Source: Azolla caroliniana
Lineage: Eukaryota > Plantae > Polypodiophyta
Direction of reading: 5' to 3'
Assembly: GCA_043228905.1 (NCBI GenBank)
Contig: JBHGNT010000021.1
Coordinates: 806,001-870,000 of the forward strand
Length of the DNA: 64,000 bases
Positions 25,068 to 38,006 of this stretch are shown here, in pieces (positions within the stretch are counted from its first letter, which is position 1; the number at the start of each line of letters is the position of its first letter). Position numbers and translations under genes: made by a program. Under the pieces are notes generated by a model, which was not told the DNA's origin, made no database searches, and worked only from the letters and a program-made list of their open reading frames with translations.

Positions 25068-26959
25068 CTCATCCGACATAAATGAATCCTCCCCGTGCAA
25101 TAGTGAGCAACAAGCATAGAGATACATCTCTCTTATTTCCAATTAGAAGTCTGTCTCCATATCAAGGTCGAGACCTGCCAATGGTTCCTACTGGAGACCT
25201 GAAAAGGCCAGTGAAAATCTGTCAATGTTTGCAACTTCCTTGAGAGAAAGGATGCTTCCTTTGGAGTTGTGATTGGCCCCCCAATAGCCTCATGGCCCGC
25301 ATACATTGTGCATGATACATGCTTTCTACCCCTTGTGATTGTATGTTTGTTAAGGGGGGATATTGTGTTGCTCAGTGCTCACCCACCAAATGGAATGTTT
25401 ACGTAGGAACACGATCAATATTCAAAATTGTTTGTCCAATGTCTTGACTAGTGGATTGGATAAAAACCATGTTCGCCTTGTTTCTTTGGTTTCCCAACCA
25501 ACATCAATAAGCTTAGGTTTGACTCTCACGTCATGTATAGTATCATTAGGCATGATCCTTGTTCCTATGGATTCTCGACCAACATCATCAAGCATACTTC
25601 TAACTCTAAGATCATATGTAATAGTGTCAAAGCTACTAACTTTATCAAGGTTGGCTACTAAAATATTGTTTTTTTACCAACATCAACAAAGTACGACATT
25701 GACTGTGAGATGGGATGGGATGGTGCACTAAGTTGCTAAAAGAATATGCCACCAGAATGATAATAATAAATCACAATAGGGTTTAGAAAGAACTTTGAAG
25801 AGACATTTTGAGATGAGGAAGTAATTCCATGTAAATCTCCCAAACCCTGGATCACCACTACTAAATGAGTAATGTAAGACACTTGAATGATATCTTTGTC
25901 GTCAATTTTACCACTTGAAGAGCAACCTTTGTAACCACTCCTCAATTCTCTCTCCATTGCAAAAGAAAATTCGTGTGCAATTGCTTTCAAGTCATAACTT
26001 TTTCTGATAAAATAGCAACACATTGATTTTGGCAATTCTTTTGTTCGCAAACACCAATTAGGAATTATGATCCAAAAAACATATGCAAATCTATGTCCTA
26101 GAAAAACAAACTAAAAGCACTAACAATAATGCCAAATCATCACATTTCAATCGCAATTGGCATAATAGGAGTCTCTTTTTGCAAATGACACCTTATAAAT
26201 GCATCCAAGAACAAAAATATAATGGTGTTTGATGGTTTACACTAGGTTTTCTTAAGTAATTCACTCATTAGATTCTTTTAGGTGGAATATCATAAATGCT
26301 CCTTGTATCTAAGGTAATATTATCTATGCCAATGATATTTTCCATAATATCAAAACTACCCCCGATCAAGCCAAAAAAGCTGTTTTTCCTTAGCTTAGAC
26401 ACAAGTGAAAACAAAATTGAAGATGAAGCATGGAAATAGCTAAAGTGGGTGACTTTTAATAAAAACGACCTAGTTTCAGTAAACTTATCAATCAAGTCTG
26501 CTACCTCATTAAACTTTCTACATATTAACCAAGGGTGTTCTTTATATCATAAAGGACCACTACCAGTACACTATTAAGAGAATGCTAATGAGCAATGTTA
26601 TATAACCTTACATTTGAAGCCTTGGAAACCTCGATCTTAATGTTAGGGAAAGGTATTATAAGATCCACTCCAAATGTAGAAAATAAATCCTTTTACCATG
26701 TCAACATGAATGTATTGCTACTGCAAAAGTTGCAAATTGACAAATATTTTGGGTTTCCACTTCGCACTTATTAGTATTAGTTGTTTATAATTGAGTAAAT
26801 ATATAAACTATATAAATAAACATACAATATGTTTTTAGGAGCAATCAATTGAATGACTTGGATCTCATTATGCATTGTTTTCTTCGCTTAAACCATGTTT
26901 CATACCACATCCATAATATAATCATATGAAGGACCTTTTTCCCATCATTTACCATATTA

Positions 26960-27175
26960 GTCCATGGAACCATATTACTCATTTGAGTTGGTACTAGGTC
27001 AGTGTGTAAAGGATGAATCAAACAAGGTCCATGGAGCCATATTACTCGTTGGAGCTACTTTTAGGTGGTTATGTAAAGGATGAATCAAGCAAGGTCTGTG
27101 GAGCCATATTGCTCACTTGAGCTGGTATTAGATGGTTAAGTAAAGGATGAATCAAGCAAGGTCTATGGATCCATA
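26960..27175. repeat. Tandem repeat, ~3.2 x 67 bp
   Basis: gtc(c/t)(a/g)tgga.ccatatt.ctc..ttgag.t.....tag....t.(t/a)gtaaaggatgaatcaa(a/g)caag starts at 26960, 27027, 27094 and 27161 (partial). Confidence 0.92.
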
Positions 27176-27199
27176 ATCTATTGTGTGTGTCACACGGGG

Positions 27200-27445
27200 G
27201 GTCAAGGATTTAACATTCAAGGTTTCCAGTCAAGTGTCTATGGTCTATGGTCTAGGATTTAGGCTCTTCTATATAGCATCCGAGACTTTGCTCTAGGGTG
27301 TATAATTTCAAATTTACAAAATGGGATATATGGTTTAAGATTTGGGATATAGGATTTTAAGTTTGAGGGTTTAAAGTTATGATCTCAAGGTTTCTGATCT
27401 AGGATCGGCTACAGTCTAGGATGTAGGCTTTAATTTGGGATTTAG
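27200..27445 (+). repeat. Highly degenerate heptameric (TTTAGGG-like) interstitial telomere-like array
   Basis: Roughly 7-bp periodic units such as tctatgg tctatgg tctagga tttaggc, tctaggg, tttaaga tttggga tatagga, tttgaggg tttaaag, tctagga tgtaggc and tttggga tttagta. Confidence 0.6.
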
Positions 27446-27539
27446 TAGAAGCTTTGTAAGAAGATGTTCTCCAACAAATGCCTTTGTCTGGATGACTACT
27501 TTGTTGATGTTGTAATCTCCTACACTTGAATTTTCAAAA

Positions 27540-28979
27540 CTACAACTTCAAATCGGCTGTAAGGTTGAAACCTCTATCTTTCATTCTCCTCTTGATTAAT
27601 GCAGCATTCTCCGGCATACCAACTGAAGTATAAATGTTTGCAAGAAGAACATATGGAGTTGGATATTCTGAATCCAAGTTATTAAACATGTATTCTGCGA
27701 TCCGCTCAGCTCTCGGCATATCAAAATGCATTCGGCAAGCACCAAGCAAAGTGACCCATGACTTCAAATCAGATCTCACTGACATAGATTTCATCATAAC
27801 TTCAACATAATCTAACCACCCTGCTCGACCTAAAAGGTCTATAATACAATTATAATGCTCAACAGTAGGTGAAACACAAGTGCTATTACTCATTGTAGTG
27901 AAGTAATAACAACCTTCTTCGATTAGAGCAGAATGACTACATGCTGATAACAAGCCGAAATATGTTATTTGGTCAGGTATAACCCCCTCTTTGCACATCC
28001 TTTCGAAAAGCAAAAGAGTGGCCTCTCCATTTCCATGCTGCCCGTGAGCTGAAATGATCGTGTTCCATGAACTTAAATTATGTGTTTGCATTTGGCCAAA
28101 CACTTTTTGAGCATCAATGATATCTCCACATTTTCCATACAAATTGATAAGTGCATTCCCAACAACCACATCGGGTTCATAGTCATCAAATTTAATACAG
28201 GCATGGGCGGATTTTCCCTTGCACAACGCTCCAAGGCATGCACATGCATCGATAACACATATCAAAGTAACATTATTTGGTATCATCCCTTCTACAAGCA
28301 TTTGGTCATACATACATAATGCCTCGTAGCCATGTCCATTAAGTGTATAAGCCGTTATCATAGCATTCCAAGAGATAACATTCCGATTCATGATTACATC
28401 AAACACATGCCGAGAACACTCGACATTACCACATTTTCCATACATATTTACGAGGGCAGTACACATAACAACATCCAAATTAGAACTCAAATACATCATA
28501 CAAGCATGTATTCTCTTCCCAACAAGAAGCCACCTTGAGCTACAACATGCTGAAAGAAGAGAGATGAGAGTTACCTTATCCATAAATACATTTTCTTGCT
28601 GCATTTGATGTGAGAGGTGATAAGCTTTCCTATTTTGGCATTCTTGGATGTATACCGCTATCATCAAACTATATGAAAACACGTTCGGTTCTTCAATTTC
28701 TGAGAAAGCGGATTCAGCATATGCTAAAGCACCACATTTACCATACATTTGAACAAGCAAGTTTCCGATGTAGACATGGCTGGAAAGACCACATTCCTTG
28801 ATATGGCGATGCACATGTTTACCTTCCCCGAGTGCCTTTAACTCTCCGCATCTTCTGAGACGAAAGGCATAGTAAGGAACAGGGGACTTGCAGTGAGGCT
28901 TTTGGTCTTCTCCGTGCATCGATTTCTGAGAAGGTCTGCCATGGGCATATCTCACCTTCTTGGGGAAGGTTTTGCACAT
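27540..28979 (-). CDS. PLS-class PPR protein with C-terminal E domain and no DYW; intronless; probable organellar RNA-editing specificity factor
   Basis: Repeated P-L-S motifs (GNLLVQMYGKCG, TALVNMYGKCG, NVISWNAMITAY, GNALINLYGKCG, SWNTIISAHGQHG), then EHYNCIIDLLGRAG and E-domain SWVTLLGACRMH..PYVLLANIY..RRMKDRG. First in-frame ATG is at 28979 (the ORF-track start 28994 is GTG). Confidence 0.93.
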   Translation of the reverse strand: MCKTFPKKVRYAHGRPSQKSMHGEDQKPHCKSPVPYYAFRLRRCGELKALGEGKHVHRHIKECGLSSHVYIGNLLVQMYGKCGALAYAESAFSEIEEPNVFSYSLMIAVYIQECQNRKAYHLSHQMQQENVFMDKVTLISLLSACCSSRWLLVGKRIHACMMYLSSNLDVVMCTALVNMYGKCGNVECSRHVFDVIMNRNVISWNAMITAYTLNGHGYEALCMYDQMLVEGMIPNNVTLICVIDACACLGALCKGKSAHACIKFDDYEPDVVVGNALINLYGKCGDIIDAQKVFGQMQTHNLSSWNTIISAHGQHGNGEATLLLFERMCKEGVIPDQITYFGLLSACSHSALIEEGCYYFTTMSNSTCVSPTVEHYNCIIDLLGRAGWLDYVEVMMKSMSVRSDLKSWVTLLGACRMHFDMPRAERIAEYMFNNLDSEYPTPYVLLANIYTSVGMPENAALIKRRMKDRGFNLTADLKL

Positions 28980-29104
28980 AATACTCTGTTTCACTCCATC
29001 ATTCTTTCTTTCTTTCTTCAGTCTCCAAGTTCTTCTTCTTTCAGTTATTCACTACTTTCACATTGATTGGGATTAAGTTTGTGTGTCTTGCCTAGTTACT
29101 CAGG

Positions 29105-29330
29105 CAGCGGCTCGGCTCAAGCTAAACCGAATCTCTAAACCGTTTTTAACCCGTTAGGAGGTTCGGTTCGGTTTAGGCTTGAGCTTCATTAACCGGTTTG
29201 AGCTCGGTTTGGGATGGCTCAAGCCGAAAAGGACCAATTTTAAACCGGTTTGGTTCGGCTTGAGCCATCACAAACCGAGCTCAAGTCAAAACCGAGCGGA
29301 ACCTCCAAACCTCCGAACGGTTTAGCGGGC
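29105..29330. mobile_element. Foldback / MITE-like element rich in AAACCG/CGGTTT motifs
   Basis: Inverted arms 29198-29228 and 29254-29284 match at 30/31 positions. Outer imperfect arms are ggaggttcggttcggtttaggcttgagct (~29157-29185) vs agctcaagtcaaaaccgagcggaacctcc (~29278-29306), and ctaaaccgtt vs aacggtttag. No TSD identified. Confidence 0.6.
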
Positions 29331-31027
29331 TTAATCGTCTTGTCTAACGGGTTTTCTTCAGGTTTGGAAACTCCCAAACCAGTTTTGTGTGGACAAGGCC
29401 AAAGCAGTTAAGCTGAAACATAATCGGTGTTGATTCCTACTAGTAATTTGCACCACTAGAGACTTCAAGATCGTTATTGCCTGACTCCAAAGCATGTTCA
29501 AATTTGTGTTCTCGTAAAAACATTTGTTTTTACCTAGTCATTCAACTTGAACCGACCCTAAGCCCATGCTAACTTAGTGTGCATACTCGTCACTAGGACC
29601 ATGACATATATTTGGGGCCAACAAGCCCACGAGGTCAAACCATGAAACAAATATTGTGGTAATGCACAATATGCTCAAGGGGACAATTGATCTCTATCAT
29701 CCATTCTTGAAAAGAGTTTGTTAACGTTTTTTCCTTATTAAAAACTAGACCCATGTGTTGCTTGGATGTGCGTTCCACCATACGCACATCTTCCTCTCAG
29801 TCAAAGTTTTATCCCATAGCGAGGATATGTTGCATAGTTAGATGGTTGTTTACCTTGTAATTTGTGAATCAAGCAAGAGTGGTTACAAAACACTCTTGGA
29901 CTACTAACAATCGTGTAATGGATTCAAGCACACACTCTTTAAAAAGTTGTCGTTGAATGTCTTGACTCTTTACCTAAAAATCTCGTTTAGGTTACATGCA
30001 AACCAACGATGGGTGGATGTAAACAAGCGAGGAGTGGGATAAGTTGTACAATGTCGACATATTAGAGGAACTATGTTGTGGCTTAGTCAACAATTCAACT
30101 AGATGGATAATCAAGTTGCCAATAATCAACGAGAATTATGTAAAATTTACAGAAGTTGAGGAGTTTTTCATGCGTTGTTGTGGGCAAGTCAATGTTGCTA
30201 ACCAGATGTGATCATTGTTGGTGGGGACTTGGATGGCATAGCGATTAAAACAGCTGGGTTTAGTTTGGGGACCAATGGTTTAGTTTGAATCTTTATCGAC
30301 TTAACAATTTTTTGTTTAAACAATTTGAAATCGTGGTTTAAAGTTTAAACAATTTACAATTGACACGTGGATTTTTTTTTGAGCAACCTTTTAATTTTGA
30401 AGTCTAATTATGACATTTTAGGAAAAATCTTTACAATTTTTTTTATTTTAAGAAACTAAATTTTGATTGAAATTTGAAATTTGACCTAACTTGAAACCGG
30501 TTTAGTATTATTGTTAATAGTATGTTTACTATTTATTCAACATTGTTATTATGATTATGTTCACATTAACAATAAACACTCTCGAACACATATATATGTT
30601 AATAAAACCCTAAGGGTGTTAAAGTTCATGCACTTGTTTCATTGTTAACCACGTAAAAAACATTGTTATGTCATCGAGGTTAACATGTTTAGAATTGAAG
30701 GCACCCAGGTTACCTAATGGTTTGTTTGTAATACCTCGTTTATTACCATGAATTGGCGAGTATGTGAACACTTGCAAGGCAACAATGTGACATTGGGTCA
30801 ACGTGAACAAGGGAATATTTACACATGATTGTTCATAGGTAGGTTTCACAAGTTCCTCTCGGGCACGTATGGATTTTCATTTCTTTATTATGGTCTAACT
30901 TCTCACGTTCTAATGGCTAAGATCATACTATTGGGGTTGATTTTGCTTAAATGTTCCCTTAACATTGCCCATGACATATCCACTAATGATTCTCATTGGA
31001 GTCCATCAATTACTGGAAAGTAGATTG

Positions 31028-31600
31028 TGTTGGGAAAACAGGTCCCTCCGGATGGGAAGAACACGAGCCAAATGGAATGGAATCGGCAGGTAAACTCAGC
31101 CAAGGCCGAAAATCAATTTCCGATAAATCAACAATCGATTGATAATTGATTCGATTTTAGCCGAATCGGGAGGGGCTATAATTGTAAATAGCCTAAATGT
31201 GCCCTTAGTGGGCCATAGTTGAAAATAACCCAGATTATATATGAGTATAAATATACTTAGGGCAAGTAGTTAGAAATGCAGAAGTTGTTGTGTAAGTAGT
31301 TATTGTGTGTGTAGTTGCCTCTGCAACTGAGTGATAGAGAGGGAGTGAGAGAGTTGTAACTTTAGCGCTATCTATTAGATGAAGACGAGCTCGAGGTCTA
31401 CTTGTATTTCTCTCTCTATATTTAGTGATTTATTTCTCGGGGCAGTGGACCCCTATGGTTTTTCCCTTTCGGGTTTTCCATGTAAAAACACTTGTGTCTC
31501 TGTACTTCTATTTTCTGCTATATGTGTATTGTTGATTTTGTCCTTTGCACCCGCGTACGTATTAGACATAACTGGTTGTGGCCGGTTGGAGATCCTAACA
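31028..31600 (+). mobile_element. Solo LTR (573 bp)
   Basis: Begins TGTTGGG and ends CCTAACA (TG..CA with a short inverted terminal repeat). Flanked by gattg / tattg, a 5-bp TSD with 1 mismatch. Internal TATA-like tatatatgagtataaata (~31236-31253). No PBS after it and no PPT before it. Confidence 0.8.
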
Positions 31601-34036
31601 TATTGTTGAGCTCTCAATGCCATCGTGCATTTTCGATATTGTTTTCATCCTCATCTCTCAATTATGCACATTTGGATTATTTTTCACATCATCAAATGCT
31701 TTGTTATGGATTTTTAATGCCAAGCCTTCACATTCATAGCTCATATATACTTCTTAGGTGTTAGGATGGGTTCATGTATTAGGTGAAGACCTTGTCTTTC
31801 TTGTGCACTCGTCCACACATTCTTGGGACTATTTTGGATTGTTCAGGAATATCATATAAACGTGGTTTCTCCACATAAACAATTTTCTATGGATTCTTTT
31901 TACATACCAATCTTATGACAACATGTACATATTCAACAACGAAATGCAAATATTTATAAAACAATAAATGAGTGAGTGGAGTGAGGGCCATGAGGATAAA
32001 ATAAGAAATCACACCAAACTATTTTGAGGGAAATGATATTACATATTTCAAAAGGATGTTCATTAACGACCATCTTTTAGAACAAACATGATGAAATATA
32101 GGAAACATGACAATTGGTTTATCATATCCCCACTCCTTGCATTATCTTCAATAGTCACATGTCACATGGCCCAATGTAAGGTTAGAATTGATCACATCAT
32201 AATCATTTTGTCAACTCGTTCTCATTCATGTAAATACATATTGGACTTCTCTTAACTTGAGACTTTTTCTTTAAAGAGAGGAATATTTCAAATTTCAACC
32301 ATTCCATGGCCTCTAATCTTTTAGTTATTTCAGTGACAATTTACCTCAACAACAAACTGAAGAAACTAATCTTAGCCCATGAGAAGGATGAGCACACTAA
32401 ATGTGGCCTATAAAAGTCATGCTTAGTGTCACAAACATTACAAGCACAATTCATCCCATCATTTCTATAGTGCATGTAATGTTGAGATTTTACAAACACC
32501 TTTTAAATTAGTTTTGGAATGCATCAATGATAAGCATGCATCTCGAGTTTATGTTTTTAAAAGAGGAAAAAAATTAAGCCAATTTACAATGGAGATGACA
32601 AAATAGTTTTTTGTATCATGGTACATCCTTGTAGCATGAGAGGTGATTCTAAAGATATGAACGAATATTTTCCCTAGTGATATTCGGGTCGTTGCCTTGT
32701 ACACAAGTCAACCCTTACCAATCACAAAAATGGCAACAAAGCCACTATGATATATAAGATAATTTGAAAGAGAAAACTTGCAAAATGTGTCCATCTATGC
32801 GGGGACAATCAATTTTGGATTTCCAAGGAAAGAAGTGTTTTCATTTAGTAAAAAACCAATAAAACCCCTTAACTGTTGCCATAATAACTAGCTGTTAATT
32901 TGCATTCTTAGTGTAATGAACATTTCACCGAAATATCATAGTTGGTTGGGTACCATAATAGCCATTTTTAATAAAAGAATGTTAATTATATACAACACAA
33001 CAATAAAATATCCAAAAGTCAGGGGTTTCTTATTTGTGTTTTGCTCTATTATTGTTTACCTCACGTCGAAACTTGGCCTTCAAATTGGTTCTTTTAGGTC
33101 GAAAACATTACCTACTTTGTCCAACACTGGACATTGGGTTTTAACTTTTCCATGTGATGAAAAACAATAGAAGATTGCAATGGACCATTCTGTGATGGGG
33201 GTTCATGCACCACAATCCAAAACTACGTATAGACATGCATTTGTTCTATTAAAAGAATTCATACATGCGAGCTTTCTTTTTCTTATTTTCCTTTTGCATT
33301 TGCATATTCAAAATGGATCACATTTTTGAAGGACTTCTATCGTCCAATGAAATGAAATTGTGAACATAAAAAAGATAACATACGTATATGCTTGGTCATC
33401 AATAAGACATGATAACTATCCAATGCATTTCCATTACCCATTTCTTCGTGTTGTGAAGGAAACACGTTATCGCTACCTATTTCTAGCAAATAGCATGTAA
33501 TATTTCAAATTAATCACCGTTTTCATCACTTTGCTCTTTGCTCGATCATTCTCTTTCTAAGGTAGAGGAGCACGCCACATAAATAATGTTTGATCATCAT
33601 TCCATCCATTTGATGATTTCATCGATTGCTATATAAACATCTCATTTATAATAATCAATACCATTGTAAGCATCTAAAAATAATGCAATAATACAATGCT
33701 TGGTCTCATCGCCACACTCACTCCATGCATTTCATGATTGCTATACATAAGAATGTTGTGTGAACTCAACATAAATCATCCCATCCATTTAATGATTCAT
33801 TTTTGCACGCATATTTTTATGAAATACCCTAATAAGCTTCAATTGTTCACCATGTAGCTATTTAATCTCAAGTATGTGTTAATCAATTGCCAAACGGTGG
33901 TGCTAATATAAATAAGTACATTCTCCCTACTTTTTGGTGTCATTTGTTTTTGCGCTTTATATAGCTCACTAATTAATTACTCTCAAATTCAATGGTTTCT
34001 ATATTGTTTGGTTGATTCTTCTCATCCACAGGCACG

Positions 34037-37000
34037 ATGAGCACTCCATCTGATTTGGATTTACCACCTGAAATTGTGACCGTGCTTCCGGCGGATCCTT
34101 ACGAGCAGCTTGAGATTGCCCGAAAGATCACATCCATGGCCATCACGTCGAGGGTCGGGGCCTTGGACTCCAGCGTGAAACACTTAACGAGGCAATTGGA
34201 GGAGAAGGACATTACGATTTCACACCTCGAGGGGCGGGTGTCCGAGCTGCAACTTGCGTTGGAGCAGAGCAATGGGAGGGTTTCGGGGGTTCTCGAGAAT
34301 CAGGTGCATAACCAACGAGAGATTGCGGAAAATCTCGAGTCCTTTCCCTTTCCCTTGGCACTCCATTCATTTCTCTTATGTATGTTTTGTTGGTCCCCCC
34401 TTTCACGCCATGGTTTTTTTGGCATGGAAAAGAAAGGAAACTCCATTAGGAATAATTTGTTGTTCATTAGGGTTAGGTTAAGGAAGAAATAATATGCTAG
34501 GATTCACTTGGGTTTTGTTAGGGTTAGGGTTAGGGTTAGATCAAAGGAAATAGAACACTGAAGAGGATTCATTTCCTTTTGAGTGAGAGGGTTGTGGTTG
34601 GAAATGGTTTATATTCTTCTTTGGGATGAGTTAACAGGTGAAGCTCACAGCAGAAAAGGAAAGCCTTGAAGCCACAGTAAAGAAGCTCACCAAAGATGTG
34701 GCAAAGGTATTGACAGATGTATAATCCAATGGAAGAGACATATACATAGTTTACATCAATATTTAAAGAAAGAAAGAAAATACATTTTTTTCATCTAGCT
34801 TATCATGCTGTTTCCTTTTTCTTTTTCTTTTTTCACTTTGAAGTTGGAAGCCTTTAAGAGAACACTTATGCATTCTTTACGAGAAGATGAAGAGAATCAA
34901 ACTGTAAGTTGGTTTCCTCCATGACAATCACGGAGACATGCATTAACGAAATCGTTTAAAATTTTGCTATTTTTTATTTATTTGTTTAGCGAAGTAATTA
35001 TCGTTTATATGTGTGTATATGCAGCTAAATGGTTCAGAAAAATCATCAGCATTAATGGTCCTAGATACAGGTAGGCCTATTGCTATATATATATATTGTA
35101 TTCCTATATATATATAAATTATTTTAATTTTAATATATATGCCTGCATATATTTATATGTTATATATATTTAATAGATTCTATAAGCAACAGGACCCAAA
35201 ATTCGGTGCTTCCTATGCCATCACACAATGTTACACCGCCTGTTGATTCACCAAGAAGAACTTCTTCTTCCCCAAAGGTAACAAGATCGGGTGCAATATC
35301 TCCAAAGGGGAAGTCAATGAAAGGGTCCTCAAAGTGGCATTCGGTTGGAGTTGGAAGTGTTTCTCTACCAACGAGCAATCATTCGACAGCCCCAAATTCC
35401 CCTCCTCACATCGGGCAGCAGTCAGGTTCTTTTCTGATTTTATTGCCAAATCTAATCTGTGCTCTGTAAGTTTTAAGCATATTTTAATTAAGGGACTCCG
35501 CATGTCACACTCCACACTATTCAATAATCTTTGCCAAATTAGTCCCATATGCCACATTGACAAGCGCCAACAGACCCATTGGCAGTAGTCAGTGGGTGGT
35601 TGTAGAAGTTTAACATGGCGTGCACATGTCCTCTCTATTAGAAGTTTAATATTATATCACTGCGATAGTGGTTTTGTATGCATACCATGACAAGAGTCGG
35701 AAGAAGAGGTTTGAGTAGAGGAAATGATAATCAAGAGAATGATCATGCATGCTCGGCAAGTGGAGTAGATGGTGTCAACAAGCATTGGTGGGTTAACATC
35801 ACTAGAACTAGTAGTGCGTTTGAAACACAAGCTCAATTTAGCTGGATGACACATTTGTAGAAGTTCAAGATGGCCATGATTTTGGATTATATTTGGAAGT
35901 CGTGTTTAGACTCTGAAAGGTAGACTGCACATTGTTTAGAGCTAGTGGATGCAGACAACAGATGTGCATGTAGCATGTATGTAGGAGGCAAAATATGGAA
36001 GCCATTGCAATCATGATGGCTTAACAGATTGAATGCTGCACTGATTCAACAAAGTAGAGCTAGTAGAATGCAGACAATGGATGTGCATGCATGCATATAG
36101 AATGAAAAATATATGGAAGTCTTTGCAATCATGATGGTTAACTGATTGATTGAATGCGGACACTGATCCAACAAAGTCCCAAGGCAATGAATGGTTGGAG
36201 AATTTTGTATAATTGAAATGATATGAGGATTCAAAACTTGGACAACAAGTTAGCTGTAGAGTGAACGGTGTACGCCATTGGACAGTGGACTCGATGTTGA
36301 CGTCGATTAAACACAGTTTCAAGATGACAGGTTCTTGAAGAATTCAGCTGAATTTAATGGCATCAGGATCCACAAAAACTTGGAGAACAAGTTAGCTACA
36401 GAACAAAAGTGGAGGAAGACTTGTTTATTATGTAGATGGTTGGGGTTGAGTTGGTGAAATCTGGAAAGGAGTTGACATGGATTTGTGCCTGAGCACAAAC
36501 GCCAAAGTTTGATGGAGTGATCAATATTACTCTAGTGTGGAATCCCCTGCTCGCTTATGAGCAGTTATCAATATTTCTTCCAGACGAAGAGTTGCGGATG
36601 GGATTGAGAATCAGTCGATCAAAAATATTGCATTCTCCAAATGTTAATGTTTCACTATGACTTAAATCTATGGGTACTAGCACAATACATAAACTCATGG
36701 CAGAATTTATTTTAAGCATTGAAATGTGTTAACTTATGAAGGCTAAAACATGTTTTTACATCCCTCTGTTTTATATCATCTATCATGGAAAACCACAAGT
36801 TCAAATGAGATGTAATAAGAAGTATTGTTTCTACCTATGTGTAACAGTATAATGACAATGTCATGATGAAAAAGACTTAAGGTTTGATGAATGAAACTAA
36901 GGGTTTACCTTTGAATGATGTAATATTGCAGCCACAACACCTAGAGTGGATGGGAAGGAATTCTTCCGCAAGGCAAGGTCGGGAAACATTGACACTTGAT

Positions 37001-37661
37001 TAACAATTGTGGTTAAAACCAAAATAACTTTTCTTTTTTGTGTTAATTGTATTATTAAATTTTCTTTGAAAATGTTTTTTCGTTTGCTGTGTATTTTCTT
37101 AGGAATCGGCTAACATATGAACAATTCAATGACTTTCTTGCAAATGTGAAAGAGCTAAATGCGCATCGTCAGACACGAGAGGTTTGTTGTTGACTCCAGG
37201 AATATCATGTAATGCAAACCTAAATTTTTCTTGTACATTCAGTGAGAAACTGAAAGTTGTGTGCATAGTAGTGGAATATGTTTTATATTGTCAGAAGACA
37301 TTTTCGACCCCTATTTTTTCGTCATACTAAAGGAAAGTTCATGATGTTGAAGATTGTAGAAAAACACATGAGCCAAAAGGAAGGAACAAATAGATAAAAA
37401 AATAAGCAAATTTTTCCCAAGTTAAGCCAAAACAAACAAATCTTATGACCTTGAATAAATATATGAATGTCTGTCCCCCGCCCTCCACCTCAAGTAAACT
37501 CTACTTTATCTTTTTCTCTTAGCTAAAACACCTTATTTTTATTTTGTTGCCAGGAGACCTTAAAGAAGGTTCATGAAATTTTTGGGCCCGAGAATGAGGA
37601 TTTGTTCTCTGTTTTCGATTCATTATTAAATCGTCATCTCCCAAGTCATGATGACCACTAA
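34037..37661 (+). CDS. At4g15545-like (NAI2-interacting protein/NAIP family) coiled-coil protein, 8 coding exons
   Basis: Exons 34037-34303, 34638-34706, 34844-34903, 35025-35070, 35177-35425, 36932-36977, 37103-37181 and 37554-37661 (phases consistent). Family motifs LPPEIVTVLPADPYEQLEIARKITSMA, KLTKDVAKLEAFKRTLMHSL and RVDGKEFFRKARNRLTYEQFNDFLANVKELNAHRQTREETLKKVHEIFGPENEDL. Confidence 0.93.
35937..36402. repeat. Diverged tandem duplications inside intron 5 of the At4g15545-like gene
   Basis: A ~118-bp unit gagctagt..atgcagacaa..gatgtgcatg..aatatggaag...tgcaatcatgatgg.ttaac..gattgaatgc..cactgat.caacaaagt occurs at ~35939 and ~36057. A second pair, aaaacttgga.aacaagttagct, occurs at ~36233 and ~36375. 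Confidence 0.8.
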
Positions 37662-38006
37662 ATTACCTTCCTACTTTCCTTTTTAACGTGATAAAACAGA
37701 GGATGTACGAGGAACTGCTAGTTTTACTACTAATGTGTCTGATGTCAAATGATCTCAAAGGTAATTATAAGTGTTGGTTAATATTGTTATTGTAATGATT
37801 TTAGACTACGGAAGTTTTATATTCTAGCCTTACAACTATGCTATAATCACATCTTATACATTTTCTATGGCATTGCAACCTCTCTTCATTCTAAAATGCA
37901 ATTCATCAATGTGGAGGAATAAAAGAGTAGATAAATTACTTTTTCTTTGTATTATGCCTTAAACAAAGGGGTTCCTCTCATTTCTCTTACATGTTTTGGA
38001 ATCACT

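Noticed and set aside
29330-30505. Extension of the foldback element into a larger DNA transposon ending near aaaccggttt at ~30495
   Set aside because: Some similar motifs recur at 30250-30500, but no TIR pair, TSD or transposase motif could be confirmed.
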